Positions 59,519 through 64,000 of a DNA stretch of 64,000 bases are shown one piece after another. A program made the translations under genes and the position numbers. The number at the start of each line of letters is the position of its first letter. Position 1 is the first letter of the stretch. The stretch comes from Chitinophagaceae bacterium. GTDB taxonomy: Bacteria; Bacteroidota; Bacteroidia; Chitinophagales; Chitinophagaceae. Where the stretch lies: positions 59,942 through 123,941 of the forward strand of contig JAIETM010000010.1 in NCBI GenBank assembly GCA_019745155.1. The letters run 5' to 3'. The notes beneath the pieces are model-generated. The model saw nothing but the letters and a program-made list of their open reading frames with translations, was not told the origin of the DNA and did no database searches.

Positions 59519-60568
59519 TTAGATGATCAGCAAGGCATCTCCATAACTGAAGAAACGATACTTATCCTTAATGGCTTTCTTGTATGCTTCCATAGCCAAG
59601 TCATAACCTGCGAATGCGCAAGTCATAATCAATAAGCTAGTCTTAGGTAAATGGAAATTTGTAACCAAACTATCTGCCACATTGAAGTTGTAAGGTGGGT
59701 GGATGAAATGGTTGGTCCAGCCTTCACTTGATTTCAGCAATTGCTGTGCAGTAAAGCTGCTTTCCATCGCACGCATGGTAGTGGTACCAATAGAGCAAAT
59801 GCGGTGACCATTTTCCTTCGCCTTATTTACAATCTTACAAGCATCTTCTGTTATGCGATAATATTCAGCATCCATCTTATGCTTGCTCAGGTCTTCTACT
59901 TCAATAGGGCGGAAAGTGCCTAAGCCAGTGTGCAAAGTGATTTCTGCAAAACGAATACCCTTGATCTCGCAACGCTTGATCAATTCTTGGCTAAAGTGCA
60001 AACCTGCAGTTGGTGCTGCAACAGCACCTTCATGCTTAGCATATACTGTTTGGTAACGCTCTTTATCATCATCATCAGGCTTACGCTTGATGTATTTTGG
60101 TAAAGGCGTTTCACCTAATTTCTCCAGCATGGCTTTAAAGCTTGCTTCATCATTATCCCAAAGGAATTTGATGGTACGGCCACGGCTGGTAGTATTGTCA
60201 ATCACTTCAGCAACCAACTCTTCGTTGTCACCGAAATACAATTTGTTACCTACGCGAATCTTTCTTGCGGGATCAACAATAACATCCCAAAGACGATTGG
60301 GCTTGTTGAGTTCGCGCAATAAGAAAACTTCAATCTTGGCTCCGGTCTTCTCTTTGCGGCCATACATTCTGGCGGGGAATACCTTGGTATTGTTTACCAC
60401 AAATACATCCTTATCATCGAAGTATTCAATGATGTCGCGGAAGTTTTTGTTCTCAATAACACCTGTGTGACGATGTACCACCATTAGGCGGCTGTCTTCC
60501 CTTCTTTTGGTTGGCGTTTGCGCAATAAGATTGAGGGGGAGGTCGAATTTAAACTGACTCAGCTTCAT
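59519..60568 (-). CDS. queA: S-adenosylmethionine:tRNA ribosyltransferase-isomerase
   Basis: [23 protein letters not shown] and IGTTTMRA motifs. Confidence 0.95.
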   Translation of the reverse strand: MKLSQFKFDLPLNLIAQTPTKRREDSRLMVVHRHTGVIENKNFRDIIEYFDDKDVFVVNNTKVFPARMYGRKEKTGAKIEVFLLRELNKPNRLWDVIVDPARKIRVGNKLYFGDNEELVAEVIDNTTSRGRTIKFLWDNDEASFKAMLEKLGETPLPKYIKRKPDDDDKERYQTVYAKHEGAVAAPTAGLHFSQELIKRCEIKGIRFAEITLHTGLGTFRPIEVEDLSKHKMDAEYYRITEDACKIVNKAKENGHRICSIGTTTMRAMESSFTAQQLLKSSEGWTNHFIHPPYNFNVADSLVTNFHLPKTSLLIMTCAFAGYDLAMEAYKKAIKDKYRFFSYGDALLII

Positions 60569-60617
60569 GTTACGGCATGAAAATTTTAGTGATGAAAGTC
60601 GGCAAAGGTAAGTTTAA

Positions 60618-60650
60618 GTGCACAAACGGTCAAGAATACCATTTGTGCAC
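60618..60650. repeat. perfect 9-bp inverted repeat GTGCACAAA-N15-TTTGTGCAC
   Basis: Read directly from the sequence. It lies between the receptor stop (60673) and the queA start (60568), with no flanking U-run on the minus strand. Confidence 0.7.
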
Positions 60651-60672
60651 TGATAATCTGTGGGTTATGTGT

Positions 60673-63030
60673 TTATAACCTAATATTGAGCGATGCCATG
60701 AAGTTGGTTCCGGCCATCGGGAAATAGTAGTTCTCAGCAATGGTTTGTCCCCCCACAAAATAGCTGAACGTATAGCCATTCGGCTCGTAAAGTCTGTTCA
60801 ACAGATTGTTCACCTGAAGGGCGATCGTCCACTCTTTAAACAGCAGGTTATTGAATTGATAACTGGCGCGGATATCCTGAACAAAGAAAGGATTCAAACT
60901 TCTGGCTTTATTCTGTGTATTATCCAAATACTGTCTGCCAACATATTTGCTGATGAAAGCAATTTCTGATTGACTATTCGGTAAAATGCTGATGGTAGCA
61001 CCCCCTACCAATGCAGGAGAGAAGGCAATATCAGTATTGTTGTGTGCTACAGTGATTTGTCCACCATTATCATAATCGTCAATAAACTCTGTGAAGTTTT
61101 TGATCTTGTTACGGCTGATGGTGAGGTTTGCAGTTGTCCTTAACCATTTGCTGAATTGTCCGCTACCTTGTAATTCCAAACCCATACGGTAACTGTCTGG
61201 AATATTCACGCGTGTATAAGCGCCCACATCGTTCACTTTGCCGGTTAATACCAGTTGGTCGCGATACAACATGTAGTAAAAATTCGCGCTCCAGCTAAAT
61301 GCGCCAATTCTTCTGGTAACACCCGCTTCAATATCATGCAAGTGTTCAGCTTTGGGTTGATTCACAGCGCCTGCTTCAAAATCATCGCGATTGGGTTCTT
61401 TACTGCCTTTTGCATAACTGGCATAGAATTGCCATCCGGGTAGGCTGTAGGTAAGACCTGCTTTCGGATTGAAGAAATTGAATTGTCTGTTGATGAATAA
61501 AGTTGGGTTATCTCTGAAACCATTCATCACATAGTCCACACGGCGATATTGCAGGTCTGTAAACAATTCCAATCCCTTGCCTAATTGGTATTGCCATTTC
61601 GCATAGAGGTTCGCATCTTTTTTATACGCATCCAGATAATACCAACGGTGGTCTTTTGGTACACCCACTTGTGCCCAGATGATTTTGCCATAATGGCGTC
61701 CATCGTATTGGTTCCACCCACCACCCAGCGTGAGTTGATGTTTGTCTTGTTTGTATTGTGCACTGAATACCTGTCCGAAGAAATAGTTGTCCAGCCAGAG
61801 TTGTCTGATCAGATCTGTGCGCATGATGACTGAACCACCCACAACCGGATTGGGTAATCCGATACTACTGAAACTTCTGCTGGCCTTATATTGTTCATAA
61901 TAACCCTTACCTCTGGTTAAGAAGAATGCAGTATTAAAACTCCAGCGTTCGTTGAATGTGTGGTTGAAGAATAACTGGTAATGATCCTGCTGATAATTGT
62001 CGGTTTCATTTTCATAAGGATTACCAGGCTTTTCAGTACCTGCTGCATTAAAGCGTCGCTCAGTACGTAACATGGATTCAGGAATGCCATACCAAGCTTG
62101 ATAGGTTTTTTCTTTTCCTGAAATCACATTAAAGCGAAGCGATGATTTTTTGGCGAAATAGGCACCCGACAAATAAAAAGAGTGCATATCTGTGGTAGCT
62201 CTGTCAATGAACCCATCACTATTAATGCTACTCAGTCTGGCATCTAAGGTGAACTTACCATTGATTAATCCTGTACCTGCTTTCACAGTGTTCTTCCAGG
62301 TATTGAAAGAACCATAACTGTTATTCACCTCACCATAAGCTTGCTCCTGAAAACTATTGGTACTTAAGTTCATGGTTGCGCCAAATGCACCGGCACCATT
62401 GGATGAAGTACCTACACCACGCTGTACCTGAATAGAATTTACCGATGAAGCCAGATCAGGCAAATTCACAAAGAATAAACCCTGACTTTCTGCATCATTG
62501 TATGGAATGCCATTAATGGTCATATTGATGCGGGTGGCATCCGTTCCGCGTATGCGGATGCCTGTGTATCCCACACCATTACCAGCATCTGAGTTGGCCA
62601 CAACAGAAGGTGTTTGGTTGAGCAGAAAGGGGAGGTCCTGACCAAAATTTTGTTTGGCTATGGCTGCTTCGCCTAAGTTGGTTTTGGCAAAAGGCGCTTT
62701 TTCTGAAGCACGGGTTGCAGTTACCTCCAATGGTTGCAGGTGGTTGGGGTTGGGCTGTAAAAAAATTTGTAAATCATTTTCTTGAGTAGAGATCGTCTGG
62801 CTTTGGTAGCCAACAAATGAAACTGTCAGTGTCTGACTTTTTGATTTGTTATTGGCAGTAAAGCGACCATTGTCATCTGTTCTGATGGCTGTTTGACCAA
62901 TACGGACGATAGCTCCGGTTAGAGGTTCTTTGGTTTGCGCATCTGCGACCTTGCCTTTGATGGTAGCTGATTGAGCGATGGATACACTTGCTGCAAGCAG
63001 GCAGCCGATTGTTCCCAAAAATCTTTTCAT
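60673..63030 (-). CDS. TonB-dependent outer-membrane receptor (putative thiamine or thiamine-precursor uptake)
   Basis: Signal peptide MKRFLGTIGCLLAASVSIAQ, CarboxypepD_reg-like N-domain, plug (NGIPYNDAESQG) and a C-terminal beta-barrel ending in an aromatic-rich strand. Start set at ATG 63030, because the upstream part of the track ORF is a riboswitch. Confidence 0.9.
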   Translation of the reverse strand: MKRFLGTIGCLLAASVSIAQSATIKGKVADAQTKEPLTGAIVRIGQTAIRTDDNGRFTANNKSKSQTLTVSFVGYQSQTISTQENDLQIFLQPNPNHLQPLEVTATRASEKAPFAKTNLGEAAIAKQNFGQDLPFLLNQTPSVVANSDAGNGVGYTGIRIRGTDATRINMTINGIPYNDAESQGLFFVNLPDLASSVNSIQVQRGVGTSSNGAGAFGATMNLSTNSFQEQAYGEVNNSYGSFNTWKNTVKAGTGLINGKFTLDARLSSINSDGFIDRATTDMHSFYLSGAYFAKKSSLRFNVISGKEKTYQAWYGIPESMLRTERRFNAAGTEKPGNPYENETDNYQQDHYQLFFNHTFNERWSFNTAFFLTRGKGYYEQYKASRSFSSIGLPNPVVGGSVIMRTDLIRQLWLDNYFFGQVFSAQYKQDKHQLTLGGGWNQYDGRHYGKIIWAQVGVPKDHRWYYLDAYKKDANLYAKWQYQLGKGLELFTDLQYRRVDYVMNGFRDNPTLFINRQFNFFNPKAGLTYSLPGWQFYASYAKGSKEPNRDDFEAGAVNQPKAEHLHDIEAGVTRRIGAFSWSANFYYMLYRDQLVLTGKVNDVGAYTRVNIPDSYRMGLELQGSGQFSKWLRTTANLTISRNKIKNFTEFIDDYDNGGQITVAHNNTDIAFSPALVGGATISILPNSQSEIAFISKYVGRQYLDNTQNKARSLNPFFVQDIRASYQFNNLLFKEWTIALQVNNLLNRLYEPNGYTFSYFVGGQTIAENYYFPMAGTNFMASLNIRL

Positions 63031-63099
63031 GACTTTTTGTTTAAAAAATGAATCAATTTGGGAACAGGGAAAATGCTGTAGGAAAAGCACAGCTCTAGA

Positions 63100-63190
63100 A
63101 ACTGTACACCTCCCTTCGCAGGAATTACCCTGTTCAGGTTCTACGGGTATTATCTCAGCCGTTCTATGTGAACAGCACCCCGGGATTGAG
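63100..63190 (-). promoter_or_regulatory. TPP (THI-box) riboswitch
   Basis: The minus strand reads ...CUCAAUCCCGGGGUGCUGUUCACAUAGAACGGCUGAGAUAAUACCCGUAGAACCUGAACAGGGUAAUUCCUGCGAAGGGAGGUG... It contains the conserved GGGGUGC, CUGAGA, ACCC, AACCUGA, GGUAAU and GCGAAGGGA blocks in canonical order and spacing (compare E. coli thiM). Confidence 0.9.
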
Positions 63191-63193
63191 CGG

Positions 63194-63201
63194 CAAAGGT
63201 A
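63194..63201 (-). promoter_or_regulatory. candidate -7 promoter box TACCTTTG for the riboswitch-receptor transcript
   Basis: Perfect TAnnTTTG on the minus strand, a few nt upstream of the riboswitch 5' end, with a TTG about 23 nt further upstream. Confidence 0.4.
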
Positions 63202-63270
63202 GGCGGCCATTTTTTTACAGCCAAGTGTAACTTTGGCACCAATTTGCCGTTTCACCTAAAAAACACCGTA

Positions 63271-64000
63271 ATGAAACATTTGTTGATCAGCTTTTGCTGT
63301 TTATTGGGAACCCTGGCCGGGATGGCACAGGAGGAGAAGAATGTGGTGTACGATGCCAATGTGGAAGTACGCAAAGTGGCGGATTTCAAAGAAATTGAAG
63401 TGTCGGGTGCCATAGATCTGTATCTGTCACAAGGCTCAGAGGAGGCTGTGGCAGTAAGTGCCAGTGCCGATGAGGTGCGCGACAGAATCCGTACTGAAGT
63501 GAGAAATGGCGTATTGTACATTTCTTTTGATACCAAGGGTTGGAACTGGCGTAGTTGGAGTAATTCCAAGATGAAAGCTTATGTAACTTTTAAAGACCTG
63601 AAAAAAGTAGAAGCAACCGGCGCTTGCAATGTGAAGACAACAGGTAGTATCAAAGTAGCTGAGCTTCGCATTGAGTTATCAGGTGCGAGTGATTTTAATG
63701 GAGCAGTTCAGGCAGAAAAATTGGTGATTGATGCCAGTGGCGCTTCAAATGCAAAAATTGCTGGTACTGCCGGCAAAGCAGAAATTGATGCCAGTGGTGC
63801 CTGCAGTATTCGTGCATTTGATTTGAAAGTGGATTACTGTAAAGTAGAAGCATCTGGTGCATCTGGTATCCGCATTCACGTAAATAAAGAATTGAATGCT
63901 GAAGCCAGTGGTGGTAGCAATGTGTATTACAGAGGTGAGGGTTTGATTCGCGATATCAATACTAGTGGTGCGGCTTCTGTGAAGAGAAGAAATGATGATT
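63271..64000 (+). CDS. head GIN domain (DUF2807) protein, partial (runs off the window end)
   Basis: Absent from the ORF track because there is no stop in the window. My translation is MKHLLISFCCLLGTLAGMAQEEKNVVYDANVEVRKVADFKEIEVSGAIDLYLSQG...ELSGASDFNG...DASGASNAKIAG...DASGACSIRAF...EASGASGIRIH...EASGGSNVYYRG. It is a paralogue of 43035-43754. Confidence 0.8.
   Translation, partial: MKHLLISFCCLLGTLAGMAQEEKNVVYDANVEVRKVADFKEIEVSGAIDLYLSQGSEEAVAVSASADEVRDRIRTEVRNGVLYISFDTKGWNWRSWSNSKMKAYVTFKDLKKVEATGACNVKTTGSIKVAELRIELSGASDFNGAVQAEKLVIDASGASNAKIAGTAGKAEIDASGACSIRAFDLKVDYCKVEASGASGIRIHVNKELNAEASGGSNVYYRGEGLIRDINTSGAASVKRRNDD

Noticed and set aside
63031-63255. 75-codon N-terminal extension of the TonB-dependent receptor ORF.
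   Set aside because: The extension coincides with a canonical TPP riboswitch and is Cys/Arg-rich nonsense. A proper signal peptide (MKRFLGTIGCLLAASVSIAQ) starts at the internal ATG at 63030.
63252-63569. 105-aa minus-strand ORF.
   Set aside because: It is antisense to a clear plus-strand head-GIN-domain gene (63271 onward) that has a signal peptide and family-typical repeats.

Overview
This window looks like core chromosome of a Bacteroidota organism, probably Chitinophagia or Sphingobacteriia-like. The cues are parA-parB-DUF5683-dapB synteny, a PorQ-like type IX secretion gene, TonB-dependent receptors with CarboxypepD_reg N-termini, no Shine-Dalgarno sequences and TAnnTTTG-type -7 boxes. 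I call about 62 protein-coding genes, nearly all housekeeping: aconitase, kdsA, tdh, dapB, parAB, lon, bioB, rluD, lipB, murB, priA, plsC, ispE, rpsT, sucAB, mnmA, ssb, lysC and queA. I found no rRNA, tRNA, CRISPR array, transposase or integrase. The interesting content is regulatory. (1) A 30-codon leader ORF (MQQFIRHSWFYFGYFFFYFNRNGRVVLATI) with mutually exclusive antiterminator and terminator hairpins sits directly in front of a tightly packed nine-gene aromatic amino-acid operon (pheA, aminotransferase, tyrA, DAHP synthase/chorismate mutase, aroB, aroA, aroC, DUF952, MTH1187-like). This looks like a ribosome-mediated Phe/Tyr attenuator. (2) A clear TPP (THI-box) riboswitch precedes a lone TonB-dependent receptor. 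(3) An ECF-type sigma factor is followed, with no gap, by a single-pass membrane protein that joins an anti-sigma-like N-terminus to a periplasmic trypsin-like protease. Lesser items are a four-PAS protein ending in an H-box-like helix with no kinase domain, a stand-alone retropepsin-like protease, a CAT-family acetyltransferase, a palindromic operator candidate between rpsT and sucA, and slippage-prone repeats in an OmpA/TSP3 protein. All calls rest on reading the translated ORFs and the DNA by eye. No database search was run.
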